Position numbers and translations under genes: made by a program. A stretch of 64,000 nucleotides of DNA from Phoronis australis. Lineage: Eukaryota > Animalia > Phoronida. The notes below the pieces were generated by a model. That model ran no database searches. It was not told the origin of the DNA and saw only the letters and a list, made by a program, of their open reading frames with translations. Of this stretch, positions 46,960 through 60,100 are shown piece by piece. Position 1 is the stretch's first letter. Every line of letters begins with the position of its first letter. Location of the stretch: positions 119,260 to 183,259 of the forward strand of contig NMRA01000650.1 in the NCBI GenBank assembly GCA_002633005.1. The letters run 5' to 3'.

Positions 46960-48835
46960 GGTTGTGTTTTTTACTTTCACTTTTATAGGTTTGCGGTCTC
47001 GAGACCAAAGGACCTTTATTATGAAGAGAGTTAACTCGAAAAATTCGCGCTTTGTTTGTTCGTGAAAATTCATTCAGCTTATCTCACATTTTGGTCCATA
47101 GCGGGTGATCTTTTCCCAAAGTTACCGTGTAATTCTCTAAAGGGTAGATCGCGCTTGGCCGTTTAATAGACTTTCAAAGGTGCTTAAAATTTTCCAACTT
47201 TTCAAAGTTGTCGAAAGTTACAGGCCGTTAATTTGTTCTAGAAAATTCGATTGTAAAGTCGTTTTTGTATTTGTTTATCAGTCAAAACCGGGTTTGGCAT
47301 GTTTTTTGATTTTCTGAAGTGTCTTTGGTCGGAAGGGCCATTGGTTTGATTGGTCCACTGAGCATTACATTTTGCAATAAATCTGATTAACAGACATGAA
47401 AAAGTACCAGGTAACAACATTGTCTTGTCTACGATGGTTGGGTGCGATGGCTAGTATGGCAAGAAATCCTTGCCGAAAGAGACCTGCATTTTCAAAACAG
47501 TCATTCGTATAATTGACCTAACACCGAGATTTTGAGTGACGGCTTAACTGACCAATCAGAACGCAGCATTCTTGACACACCTTCGTTTCCAAGTCGTTAT
47601 TTAACCCGACAGACAACATGTTGTCAGGTAAAAGCTATTGTTTTTTGTCGACTTTAGGCAAGTGAGCAGAGTGTTGCGATACATGTAGGACATTTCTTAA
47701 TTGTACTCAAACGTCTCGTCTGCTCTTCAGTGAGTGGCAGATTGAACCTTTTTGTGGAAAGTTCGAGGAACCTACAAAACACAAATTTCACTAATGTCAG
47801 CAGTTTGAAAAAAACAAAGTATTTGCTAAAATATATTTCAACGTTGTACGGAGTACACTGGAAACGTGCCTTTATCAGAAAGCGAATAATAAAAAAANGG
47901 TTGTGTTTTTTACTTTCACTTTTATAGGTTTGCGGTCTCGAGACCAAATGACCTTTATTACGAAGAGAGTTAACTCGAAAAATTCGCGCTTTGTTTGTTC
48001 GTGAAAATTCATTCAGCTTATCTCAAATTTTGGTCCATAGCGGGTGATCTTTTCCCAAAGTTACCGTGTAATTCTCTAAAGCGTAGATCGCGCTTGGCCG
48101 TTTAATAGACTTTCAAAGGTGCTTAAAATTTTCTTACTTTTCAAAGTTGTCGAAAGTTACAGGCCGTTAATTTGTTCTAGAAAATTCGATTGTAAAGTCG
48201 TTTTTGTATTTGTTTATCAGTCAAAACCGGGTTTGGCATGTTTTTTGATTTTCTGAAGTGTCTTTGGTCGGAAGGGCCATTGGTTTGATTGGTCCACTGA
48301 GCATTACATTTTGCAATAAATCTGATTAACAGACATGAAAAAGTACCAGGTAACAACATTGTCTTGTCTACGATGGTTGGGTGTGATGGCTAGTATGGCA
48401 AGAAATCCTTGCCGAAAGAGACCTGCATTTTCAAAACAGTCATTCGTATAATTGACCTAACACCGAGATTTTGAATGACGGCTTAACTGACCAATCAGAA
48501 CGCAGCATTCTTGACACACCTTCGTTTCCAAGTCGTTATTTAACCCGACAGACAACATGTTGTCAGGTAAAAGTTATGTTTTTTGTCGACTTTAGGCAAG
48601 TGAGCAGAGTGTTGCGATATATGTAGGTCAATTCTTAATTGTACTCAAACGTCTCGTCTGCTCTTCAGTGAATGGCAGATTGAACCTTTTTGTGGAAAGT
48701 TCGAGGAACCTACAAAACACAAATTTCACTAATGTCAGCAGTTTGAAAAAAACAAACTATTTGCTAAAATATATTTCAACGTTGTACGGAGTACACTGGA
48801 AACGTGCCTACATCAGAAAGCGAATAATAAAAAAA
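46960..48835. repeat. Direct duplication of ~938 bp either side of n at 47898 (probable assembly overlap)
   Basis: 46960-47897 and 47899-48835 are nearly identical. Confidence 0.9.
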
Positions 48836-49101
48836 TAAAATTGTGTACTCTCACGTCACTGTACTCTCTCCCTAAGTTTAATAAATCTTGGCCGTTAGTA
48901 GGTGCTCGCTGTACTATTTTCATAACAACAATAGCGCACTCACAACGAGCTATTTCAGATAACCTTCGCACGTCCACTTTCAGTTTTCAATCACCAGAAT
49001 TGAGATAGATCATATTCGCTTTTAGGTATATCTTATGGGAAAGTGACTCAGCTAAGTAATACACAAGATGTAAAAATTGCAAAAATACCTCTATTGCCAC
49101 A

Positions 49102-49210
49102 GGTCGTGGGTCGAGGGAGTCGTGGGTCGTGTGGTTGTTTGTCGAGGGTGTCATGGATCGTGAGTCTTTAGGGGTTTGATCGTGTGGGGGTCGTGGGCGT
49201 CGAAGGGGTT
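49102..49210. repeat. G-rich degenerate (GGGTCGT)n repeat
   Basis: Directly visible. Confidence 0.7.
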
Positions 49211-49216
49211 TTAGAG

Positions 49217-49475
49217 CTATCCCGCCAATTTTTGGCCTTCCAACAAACTTTCAAAATAAGAGAATTTACTAACTTTCAGCAAACTTGGGTTGCGGTGAAT
49301 AATAGCCTGGTCATGAAATGCTTGCCATTCTTTGAAGTTACCGCTGAACGTCTGCAACAGTAACTTTGATAACGCAACCTTCTTTAAATCGTCACACGTT
49401 GACATCCGACATACTGTGTTCACCGTGGGCGTCGACATTTTGACCTTGAACTTTTGTCCTGCTCCGCACCAAAAA
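49217..49475 (-). mobile_element. BEL/Pao LTR retrotransposon gag fragment (DUF1759-like)
   Basis: LSKLLLQTFSGNFKEWQAFHD...IHRNPSL...KFSYFESLLEG matches the Pao gag motif. A possible degenerate PBS TGGTGCGGAGCAGGA lies at ~49457-49471. Confidence 0.75.
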
Positions 49476-49559
49476 TATGATTCATTAACTAATAATACAA
49501 ATTAAATGGAAAATTATAGTTGATTATAAACAAGTTTTTCAAATATAAGACTGTTATTA

Positions 49560-49770
49560 TATAAAAGCAACGGGTCCCCTTTTTAAATGTAGAAATTGCT
49601 TTGACGTTTTTCGAGTCGTCTGAAAGAATTTGGTTGGAAATGGATTGGTTAAACAAAGCACACAATGGTTCGACCAGTAGGTTAGACGATTTATTATTTT
49701 CATCGATATGCCATCATGGCCACAAGTAGGTTGAGCTGGAAATGAATTTATCACTTTCATGAGGGGAAAT
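49560..49770 (-). mobile_element. CR1/L2-group LINE reverse transcriptase fragment
   Basis: GHDGISMKII...LFNQSISNQILSDDSKNVKAISTFKRG across a frameshift. Confidence 0.6.
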
Positions 49771-51049
49771 TTGTTCCCAGTCAACTCTAGCAGCCGACTC
49801 ACAATCTAAAAAGACATGTGGGACAAAGTTGGAGAAAGTCAAGGTAGAGAACGTGAGTCAATGCTGCAAAACTAATTATCAAAATGATTTACGATCCTAC
49901 ACTTTTATGCGCGTAACCTATGCCAATGCGGTCCAAGACTTCCGACCCAATCAAAAGGTGAGTCATCTTTTGGCACAAAACTAAAATTAACACTTGTATG
50001 TGGTACATCTTCTTTTTAGCATTTAGCATTCCTTGAGCTAAATCCCAATGAGTGGATTGTTCACGAGTTTGAAACATATTCATACACTTTCTACATTCCC
50101 TTGTTGCGAAAAAGTAGAAAATTGCTTAACATTGCAAATGGGGTCAAAGACAAACGTTATATGGTCGATAATTTACGAGATACACTAGAAATAGATTCAA
50201 AAGGAGCCTGTTGCATTCGTTTCATTTTCTTTGTAATTTTCCAGGCCATTGACGGATTGTTTAGAGTGCCTTGACCTGACGCAAACGCGACCTAGTCTCT
50301 CAATCATTCTTTGTACCCGCGACTTGATATGAGCCTCTCTTAGGGGATTTAACTTCCCAGGAGATAAAATGACTCTAGTTGAGCTAGCTCAAACACGAAC
50401 TCGAGACTTGAATTCATTATTTTATACTGCTTGAATTTCTCCTATTTCATTACTACATGTAAAATTATCAAATTTAACGGATTTTCCTTTTAAGGAGTAA
50501 AAGACACGAACGATAGGAAGAAGGAGTTTGTGATATGATTTCAAATCAACAAACGCCACAAATCAACCTCTACAGTTATTGAAAGACTGGGATCGTGGGT
50601 CATTCGTAAGGAAAACCATGTTTGCATTGGAAGATGGCTGTGGTTAAGATAAACAATTTCAAAGTTCGGAATGACGAAAACTGGGTCAACCTCATCACGG
50701 AATACGACACTTGAGAAATTCCTTCAAAAAACAGGGAGTTTAAAATACCAGCAATATCTTGTAGTTAACAGACATGAAATTTGCACGATTAACGTTTTGT
50801 CGATGCAGCAATTTAAGCAGATAACACTTGAGCACCGAAAAACTTCTTCTCTACCATATCGTGTTACATGAACAAAGTAAGCATACAAACGTAAAGTTGA
50901 CCGAGAGGTAAATGTTTCAGTCGTTCTTATCCGTACTAATTATTTACTCGTCAAATTTATGATCCACGTCACTTGCACAAAATTATTTATAACACCACGT
51001 GGTACGAAATTATCAATAAAGGACACAAACAAGTTAGGGTGGCCGCACG

Positions 51050-51270
51050 GATGCCCTTAACGGGCCCAATCAAATGGGTGCGCTCCTAGGGCCCCATGCC
51101 ATGACTATGCCGCTAGGGTCCCATGCAATGGCTGTGCCTCTTGGGGCTCCATCCCCGATTTCTATGTCCCTAACTCCCTGTCAGTGTCCGTGGCCGAGGG
51201 GCTCCATTCAATGGCTGTGCCCCTAGGCTCCATCCAATAGATTGGCCCCTAGCGTGCCCCCCAATGGCTC
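51050..51270. repeat. Degenerate GC-rich ~27-bp minisatellite
   Basis: Recurring CCCTAGGGCTCCAT.CAATGGCTGTG-like units. Confidence 0.65.
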
Positions 51271-52939
51271 TAAGATAAATAAAGAAGTAAGGAGCAGTAA
51301 TCGATGATCTCTGTCATGTTATCAAAATTGATCGAGTGACTATACTAGGGGCAGATGTCTCCAATATCCCTTGCCAGATAGAGGTTATTTAAGAATGTAG
51401 GGAATAGCATTCCTAAATTGCCTGCTTGAATTTCAAAATCCCGCTTTGCAAAAGTTGTGTTTAGAAAATTTCTCGTCTTTTTCGTGATGCATGTCTGAGA
51501 ATTGAAATGAGCATTTTCAACTGCGCTTGTATCACGTTTATTGCAACCACGATCGAAAGCTTATTGGATAGGACCACTAAAAACTAAACCAAGAACTAGT
51601 AGATGACCGTGTTCCTGGACGTTCTCTCTCCTCAAATTTTTCTTGACTGCTCCCAGCCAATCGCCGCAGTTCAACCCCGGCGTCTGTAAATAAATGTGAG
51701 GAACGTTTCCTTGCTCCTGTGAGTTCACCCCCGCATTCTCCGACCTAAACGTCATACGTCTGTTCGCAGATGACAAATCACGAGTAATGTATTGGGTGTT
51801 TTAGCGGCCATTTTTTCACCAAAGACACATAGGTAATTGTGGCAAATTCAGATTTAGAACATGGCCCAGAACAAGACGTCCGGCAACGTCCTTTTAGATG
51901 AAGAAGAATTAGAAGAGGTGAGTGTATAAATTGTCTCGCCAAGCGTTGCTTCATCCTTGTAAAATGTTTGGGTCTGCCTCCGTTCCTCGTTTTGTGCTGA
52001 ATATATATCTACATCAATGTTTGTTTAGGCGCTATTCACTGTAAGTCTGCTATCACAATTTTTTAAGCAAGTGTTATGGTGTGTGAAAACAGGCGTTTTG
52101 GTTAAATATTACTGTAAGCAGAATTTGATATGCAGGCCACGTTAACGAAAACGACATTTTAAATTAGTGTTCCTTTTACCGTTGCAATGACCTCGTAAGG
52201 TCAAAATGGCGTGAGCTGGGAATTTGCCAACCTCAAAGCACCCGAGTGGCTTGGGGGTGAACTCCATTATATTGAAAGTGTTTCAGGTCTACAAACGGCA
52301 AATTTGGATTCATTCAACCTAATTTAGTTAGTTAGTAATATGAGACCAGCCCTTTTTAAATGAGAGTCAGTAGCTGTTGCACGGATTGAAAATGATCTGT
52401 TGTTGTAGAGTGCACGTCAATAACTCGGTATTCCAGAGACGGATCGACGGGGAGCGTAGGATCAAAAGTAAAAATAAAAGAGGACCCAGGAAAACTGCTA
52501 CAAAAAACAAAAAAGCACGCACAAGAGGGAAAATCCTTCCCACGACCTTGCCCCGTTTTTGCGCTACGTGCCTTGGACACGTGTGAATCGTATTCCCCTT
52601 ACTGAAAACGTACATCTGCCACTGTGGTGTCAATCGAAAAAGTCTTCTCCCAGTTAATGCACATTCATGTCACACACTTGTAAAAGTTTCTTTTTGTCTC
52701 CTATGTTAGAAAAAAAATATTTGGTTGCCATTAATTACAAAAATTATTTGTTTGTGTAGTATAGCGTCTTTTTGGTATTTTGAACACAATCATATACTTT
52801 TAAAAATGTCAAATTAAAAAAAATAAGGAAATCATGAGGTCAGTTTTTGGTAGCTCTGTCTGTTTCTCAGCATTTCGAAGATTACTAGGTGGCCATAAAT
52901 CTGGTTAATCCCAGTCGTTCGCAATTCCTGGTGAGAAGA

Positions 52940-53060
52940 GAGAGTATGGTCTAATGTGATTGTGTCCGCCTTCTTTACTCGATATCGTGGGTTCGAGTCC
53001 CATTGGGTCACACTGCTAGACCCTTAAGTGAGAGTTCTAACTCCTCTTCTCGGTTTTAAC
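52940..53060 (+). mobile_element. tRNA-derived SINE-like sequence
   Basis: A-box-like TGGTCTAATG (52947-52956) and B-box GGTTCGAGTCC (52990-53000) within a T-arm hairpin TGGGTTCGAGTCCCA. Acceptor and anticodon stems are not convincing. Confidence 0.6.
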
Positions 53061-53986
53061 TATATATTAGCAAAACTAATAAATATTTCCAGTGCAATGG
53101 GCCCAAATGCACGGCCTGTTCACGTCTGGTACAACGTGTACCAAACAGCCTGCAATTATTTTATTAATTAGTGGGGAGCAAACCATGAGTCCAAGCGCTG
53201 TCACAGCAAACTGATTATTCCAAAAGCATAACGGTGTAAAATTTAATTCGCAATTACTGATCTCCCCCGTAATAAGAAAAATGCAACACCTGCAATGCGA
53301 TTGAAAAGTTGATGACAATGTGCATTTCCTGTCCTGTTTGTGAGTCGGAACCGTGTCACCTTGGTGACAGACTATGTAGTCGTTAAACGTTGTTATTAGT
53401 TCGGTTCCTCAGCAGCCAAAAAAACCAAAACACTTACACCCTAGATTAAAACACCAAAAGAGACACGCAGATACTTTGGGGGTACGCTGAATCCCATGGT
53501 GGTCGGTTGCCTGAAATTTTTGGTCAAGGTTAAGAACAAATGAAGGTCAAATTTCATGAACTTTTTTTGAAATAGCTTGACAAAATATCTGCTTCATTAG
53601 TGTTTCAGGCTGTAAACAGGCGGCTTTTCTGTTGATTTCACAAATGTATTAACACAAAAATAATTTTCCTGAGATGGTAAATATCTTAATGAGAGCATAC
53701 ACGTATTATATTTTTTCAAGGAAAAAATAAGTCAGTTTGTTTTCTCTGGTTCAAAAAAACTGTAAAACGGGGATGAATATACATTAAGTCAACTCCAACA
53801 TCTCGAAAAGAAAATTCATTTTAAATGTCGGGGTACTTATTTGTGGTTAATTCTGTGACAAAGCGTCGCAATTAAAGGAAATCGGACATCTTGCTAAATT
53901 TTGAAAGAACATTTGTTGAAACTTTGATCAACGTTTTTAATGTTATCAGCAAAACTTTGATTTTTAAGTTATTGTTAATGCTTTCC

Positions 53987-54130
53987 AAAAACTTAAGTTT
54001 TCCGAAAACTTAAGTTGTGAGAACTTAAGTTCGTTCCAAAAAACATGTTCCAAAATACTTAAGTTTTTCCCAAAAACTTAAGTTTTTAGAACTTAAGTTG
54101 TAAGAACTTAAGTTTTCAGAACTTAAGTTT
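53987..54130. repeat. Array of 8 palindromic (A)ACTTAAGT(T) units
   Basis: Directly visible, with short variable spacers. Confidence 0.9.
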
Positions 54131-54199
54131 ACAACTTTGCAAGCTGAAAGAAAACAAGACTGAGATACAGTACAAACTATATTGCCATGAATTTAAGTA

Positions 54200-54900
54200 T
54201 CAACAAAAACAGTTCTGCTTACACTTGGGCTAACATAACTACGTTCTACATACTAACGTAATGGTTCAAGAAATATAGAGTTCTTTAAAATGAAGAATCA
54301 TGTAATAAAAGGAGTTATATATAAAATATTAGAAAATATCTTCTCTAAACTGATAAGTACGTGCTGTCTTAACATTGTGCAAAATTGATAAGGTTACAAA
54401 TACAAAAAAAATGTTATGGACTGCCTTCGTTACCAAGGAATTAACATATCTACTTTTTCCAACAAATGAAACCATGTCTTCAAAAACATTTCTGCTGACA
54501 CTTCAACTAACGTTACTAAGAACTACATACTAATGTCATGGTTCAAGAAATAAAGAATTCTTTAAAAAATGAAGCATATGTAACAAATGGAGCTATATTA
54601 AAATAGTACTAAAATCTTTTCTCAAAATATAAATACTGTGACATCTAAGATTTAACAAAATCAATAACGTTAGAAATATATAAATACAATTGGAAATGCA
54701 ATTTTTCATGGTTATGGATACCAAAAGAAATAAATGTCACAGATTGCTTTCGTTAGCAAAGGCCACATCTCATCATATATTTTCTTAACCTATGAAACCA
54801 TATTAAAAACAACACCATAAAAACTGCAAAAAAAATCGTTTCTCTAAAAACATAAATACCGCGATGTCATAACATTCAGGAAAAACAAGGCTACAAATAA
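54200..54900. repeat. Old AT-rich tandem duplication, period ~280 bp
   Basis: CTACATACTAA...ATGGTTCAAGAAATA.AG..TTCTTTAAAA occurs at ~54246 and ~54523, with further similarity downstream. Confidence 0.65.
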
Positions 54901-55214
54901 GTGTTTACGCTCAAATGCAACATTTTCAAGAGCATTGGTACTAAAAATGTGATGTAGACTGCTGAATACATGTAGATGGATATAAATAAAATCGCACAGG
55001 AGACCACATGGTGACATACACTAGACAACATGAACAATATCGGTGACATCAACTACCAGTGGGGTACATTTGTCAAGAGATAGGTCTAAACATGGACAGG
55101 TACAAAGCTACTGAAGCCTATTCAGTACAGACTTGTACTCGTGCCGCCTCCTTCAGTGGCAGAAGAAGCATTTCCTTATTGCTGAAAACGATAGTGCTGT
55201 TTTCGACCAGCAGT

Positions 55215-55490
55215 CTTTTCCTAACCCTTACTTTAAAATTATTTCGGATAACGTTAAAATTTGTAAGCCTGGTGATTACCCCGATGTTATTATTTATGAT
55301 CGGAATAGGAAGTCCTCCAACATCGTCATGAAGAACAAAGCGAATGTCCTCCCCGTTGCCCAGTGTAGTGTTGCTTATGAGTTTAGATGCCCTATGAACG
55401 GATGTCTTCATTTAAACGTCAAACAATGTTACAGTGGTCAAAATGTTTGCCGTCTTTCCAATCGGTTATCTATGCATCTTCAAAATGACG
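55215..55490 (+). mobile_element. Penelope-like GIY-YIG endonuclease fragment
   Basis: IISDNV...VIIYDRNRKSSNIVMKN...SVAYEFRCP..GC...CYSGQ...RLSNRLSMH is a degenerate GIY-YIG with the PLE-type Cys pair. Confidence 0.75.
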
Positions 55491-56467
55491 TCAATCGATT
55501 TACAACATTGTGAATACATAGACAGGAGCTAGAACAAGCAAACTAACAACGGACATTTATCAAATCTGGCCTCTGAGCGTTTGGTAGTCTGTTAGGTTCT
55601 GTACGTATATTGGCCTCTTTATCATAACATCAACAGAATTTTCATAATAATTGCTGAAATTAATAATATATCTAGTTCATGTTTGATAAGAGAATGTACA
55701 TGTATTTAGGTTTGAACAAATAAAAGTAAATGATTTTGCTAAAATTTCAGTTTCGTAGTTAAATTTAAGCGGCCATATTGGATTTAAGCAAATGAGGTGT
55801 CTTAACATTATAAGGAAAAGATGTTGCAATGTCATTTTGATAGATTTCTAGATAATAAAGTACCATTACCTAGCCTTAAATTGTGTTATCTCTCAAGCAA
55901 ACAAAGATTGTGTTACTTGGCGGCCATTTTGTTTTTCGAGATTTGACCCTGACCATAACCTTAAAATTTAGGAAATCGACCACCATGAGATTTAGCGTGT
56001 CAAAACACTAGTGTGCCAATTTTTGTGCTTTAATTCCAGGTGCAAACATTTTCGGGTTAAGGGCCTGGACTAAATATAATTTAACTCTATGAATAGTATA
56101 TGAATTCTGATAGTAAAGCTTATGCAAAATTTGTTTCATGGCATTTCAGTGATCTTTTAGCAATTGGGCACTTGACTATGCATTTGAATTAAAATTTATC
56201 AAAAATGTACATCCCGGGCACACTGACCACCAAAACAACGGTATCAATAACCTGATAATTTGTCGTATACGATATGTGAGCAATCACTTAGAAAACAGGT
56301 AATTATGGAAAAAGTCCTGAAATATTGGCGATATACACTGTATAACAACGTAAGATAAAACATCCGTTGTTTAATGCTTCTGATCAACAAAGTAAATGAG
56401 TTCAAAATAGCTGTGCCCATGGATGCAACATGTTTGCACATAACATATTCTTGAAAATTTAGCAAAA

Positions 56468-56548
56468 ATGGGGTGAGGGAGACAATAATGGTGTGAGGGA
56501 GACAATAATGGGGTGAGGGAGACAATAATGGTGTGAGGGAGACAATAA
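56468..56548. repeat. 20-bp tandem repeat x4 (G(G/T)GTGAGGGAGACAATAATG)
   Basis: Directly visible. G and T variants alternate, giving a 40-bp higher-order unit. Confidence 0.95.
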
Positions 56549-56704
56549 GAGACACAAATGATGAGTAGTTGTTTGTTTATTAATAAATGTTCTAGTTTGG
56601 GTTCATCGAGTATTTATTTTCAAATTGCATAATGTCTGTCTTACCGGTTTATAGTCATACATTTTGCTAAACACAGTGATGACATGCTTAAACGTTTGTA
56701 TGTA

Positions 56705-57119
56705 CCAAGGCTACCATTAGGCTTACCTGGTCCCTGGCCACAGCGCTCGCTCAAACGAGGTTTATTTAGAACTTGGGGTCTTTTGGCGAACTGTGCAAAG
56801 TTGCTGGCTTTCAAGAGAAATTTTCCCAGACTTTGGGCATGAGCGAACCAAGCATAAAAACTGGGCGGCTCGATTTTTTTTACGATTTCATACCTTTTAC
56901 TACAAAATTCACTGTGTATGTTCAGAGCTATGAATTGCAGACGTCAAATTTGGCACATCCTGCCTTATAGTGGACTTTGTTCTCCTTTTCTATTTTTTTC
57001 GGAGTTCTTGCTTCTCTGACTCAGGGGGGCGTTTTCCATTTCTTCAAACAGGGGGCTCGTTCGAGCACATAAGTATGAAAAGTTCAATACAAAATGTTAT
57101 TATTTTTTATTATTTAAGC
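56705..57119 (+). repeat. Second copy of the 36827-37238 repeat family
   Basis: Direct alignment by eye. Confidence 0.85.
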
Positions 57120-60100
57120 AGTGAGTACGAAGGAAGTGACTTCACAACTGAACCATATCAATAATTGTAATTTATGCGGAGGTGGCAATCCCAATGTCAG
57201 ATTTGCAAGTACCCATGGAATAAAAAACTTCTAGTAAACTTGATTTTCTGCAACAGTATGATGATTTGTTTTAAATTTCTGCATTAATAGTAAACCAAAG
57301 GCATCAAGAAATGTTGCCTGAAGATGCTAGTTCCTTTTTGCAGCAACGTTTTTCAAAATATATTTACGTTAAGTCTTCACAAATTGTAAAGTATATGATT
57401 GAACATGCCTTTCAGTTCAGCAAAAGTCGCCATGTTGTCGGTGCCGCTGGATATGAGACTAAGTATAACGGGAATTATGAGCACATTTATCCCTTAATAA
57501 GTAGCATCTGCGAGGCTGAAATTTAGTGAACACTGTTGAATCGAGAACACTTGTAAGTAATGATATGTCTCATTAAATTTCACAACAACAATTTATGCAA
57601 AGTTTTAAACTCGTAACCAGATATCCTCCAAGATGGCCGACCCAATCCAACCAAAGTGACCCAAATTTCGCCATATTAACTGTAATGACTTTGTATTGCT
57701 TGCCCCAATTTTGAAACGTTTTGATTTTAACACAGTATGATGGATTATCTTTCCGATGAAAGCAAAGTATTTTTTCAAAATGGAAAAATTCAAAACGACA
57801 AAAAATGGTTTGACCGCCCTATATAACGGGAACTAAACACATATGCTATTTTAACATAATAAGCACAAGTACGCGTAACATTCCAAAAAAAATTAACGAC
57901 CACTAACTACCAACTATGAATTCATTATATCAACAAAAAATAACAGTTAATACTAAAAAACAAAATAATGAAGTCTTTTTGTGCAAGCGGTAACACATTA
58001 AGTTTCAACGAAAAAATGGTGGCGTTCAGCACAAGTTCCTGAACTTACGAGTCGGAAATGTGGGTACGGAATAACCAATGACAGCCGGTAATTATCTGCT
58101 CACAGAAAAAGTCAAATATAGACGTTTATCGTAATGCACAATGATTAACTGCAAAATTCAATTGCCTGCGTCGAAGAGCCTCTGAGATATGGCCCATTGA
58201 AATGTTGGTGCCACTCCATTTTGCCCTTCCAAGTTGAAACTGTATTTTTTTCTGATTTTGGAGGCTCCTAACCTCAACATTAATCAATGCATTGAACTGA
58301 AATTGCTTTTATGGATTAACTGGAAACCAGGTTGTAAGGATCTGTGACCAGGGAATGCCTAAAGATTGTGACTGGTTATCCCGAATTGGAATTTGGCTAA
58401 CACCAGATTATTAACTGAAAGGAGTTAATTAAGGCACTTTACGTGTAAATACCAAACAGTGAAATCCATAATACTATTAATATTAAAAATAATAAACGAT
58501 AGATTTTGGAGATTAATGTTAAACTTCATGGCACTAAAAAGCACCTTCAGTCAAGTAAACCATTTTTACAGTCATTATTTGCTTGCAAAAATCCGTGTCT
58601 GAATATTTCAATGATAACGGTAATAGTAGTGATAAAACAATTTTAGTAGAACGAGGAGTTTGTAGGTTTCTCAAAATAAAATAAAAAGAAGGTTTGCATT
58701 CGTAATATAATCCGTTTGTCGAATAAATTTCAATGACTTAAAGAGTCAAAAGCTTTGGAAAGATGAATTAGAATGGCCACGTGGAATTTATTTTTTCCAT
58801 AGCCTTAACAATTATATCCAAAATTTCAACTAAACCAGTTCTGTAGACCTACCCCCGAGAACCATTTTCTGCATGGTGTAGCAAGTCATTTGTTTGAAAA
58901 TATTCGTAAAGTTGATTGTAAATAATTTTTTTCAAAAATATTTGAAACGAAGAAAAACCAAAGATAGGCCTGTAATTATCTAAGAACAACGGGCCTCCTT
59001 TTAAATCCAGGTTGTCCCGGCATATTTTCGTCTAACGATGACGACGACTTGGTATCACTTAATATTTAATACGCTCCAACAGGTATCACTAGTGACACAG
59101 TATTTTAAACTAAAATTCCTTATTCGGTCAATTTGAAGAACGTATGCACACTTTAATAGAACCCTGGGTTTATCCTACCCAACACGTCACGTGAAACAGC
59201 TCTCCAAGCGGGTGTTTGTGAAACTCTGATGAAAATGAGTTTCGTTAGGAATTATAGGTTCACTATTTGCCGTTGAATTACTCATGGAATTAAAAAAAAC
59301 TCGTAATGAGTATGAAAAATTAATAAAGGATAAAAAACAATTTCGTTTTAAGAGAACACTTCCCACAACGCCTGGCGGCGTTAGTGTTCAGATGGTGGAA
59401 AATGTTTTAAGCCAGTGCCTTTTTCTTTCAACCACGAGTATGTAAACCTGAAGGCGCAATTAAACAAGATATTGCAATGTACTTGAGAACACGTGGTTTT
59501 GTATAGCTACTTCTACAAGTAGCTGCTATACAGCTTGTGAACTATATCAGGCTCTCCTAAGCTCCACACAAGGGCCTTAATGGTGACCAATCTCCGGCAA
59601 CAGAGATCAAATTCCTCATACGCACGTACAAATTTCCCTCACCCCCAGTTGGATTATGTTAGTGTGTAGGCGACAATCCCAATGATAGTATTGGTATGCT
59701 TTTGCATGTGACCGATATAATGCGCCAGTGTCCGAAGGCCGCTTGCATCAAGTGACACGTCACCACAGGACAAAATCAATTTAACCCGTTTTGCTGGATG
59801 AAAATGCTGGTTCATGCTAATATTAAAACGATAAGTTTTAGCACTTTAAAAAAATAGGAGGAAACGGTAGTGAAGCTTAAATAAAAAGGCAACATTTTGG
59901 AGACCTACAAAAGATATGTTTTTCTTTCTAGAAGCGATATAAAAACCACCGTGTACCAGTCACCGCGCGATCGTCGTTATCAGATAACCGAGTTTTCTAG
60001 ATACAAAATCCACTTGCGGTCATAAAAACAAACGATTGGTGGTAATTTATTTGTCTTTTATCGCTGACTTGAGTGATCAACTTGCATCTTATCAGATAAT

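Noticed and set aside
52940-53010. Functional tRNA gene (also 36090-36168)
   Set aside because: A/B boxes are present but no coherent acceptor or anticodon stems; better explained as SINE heads.
53987-54130. Palindromic repeat array as CRISPR-like
   Set aside because: Repeats (10-16 nt) and spacers (mostly 3-8 nt) are far too short.
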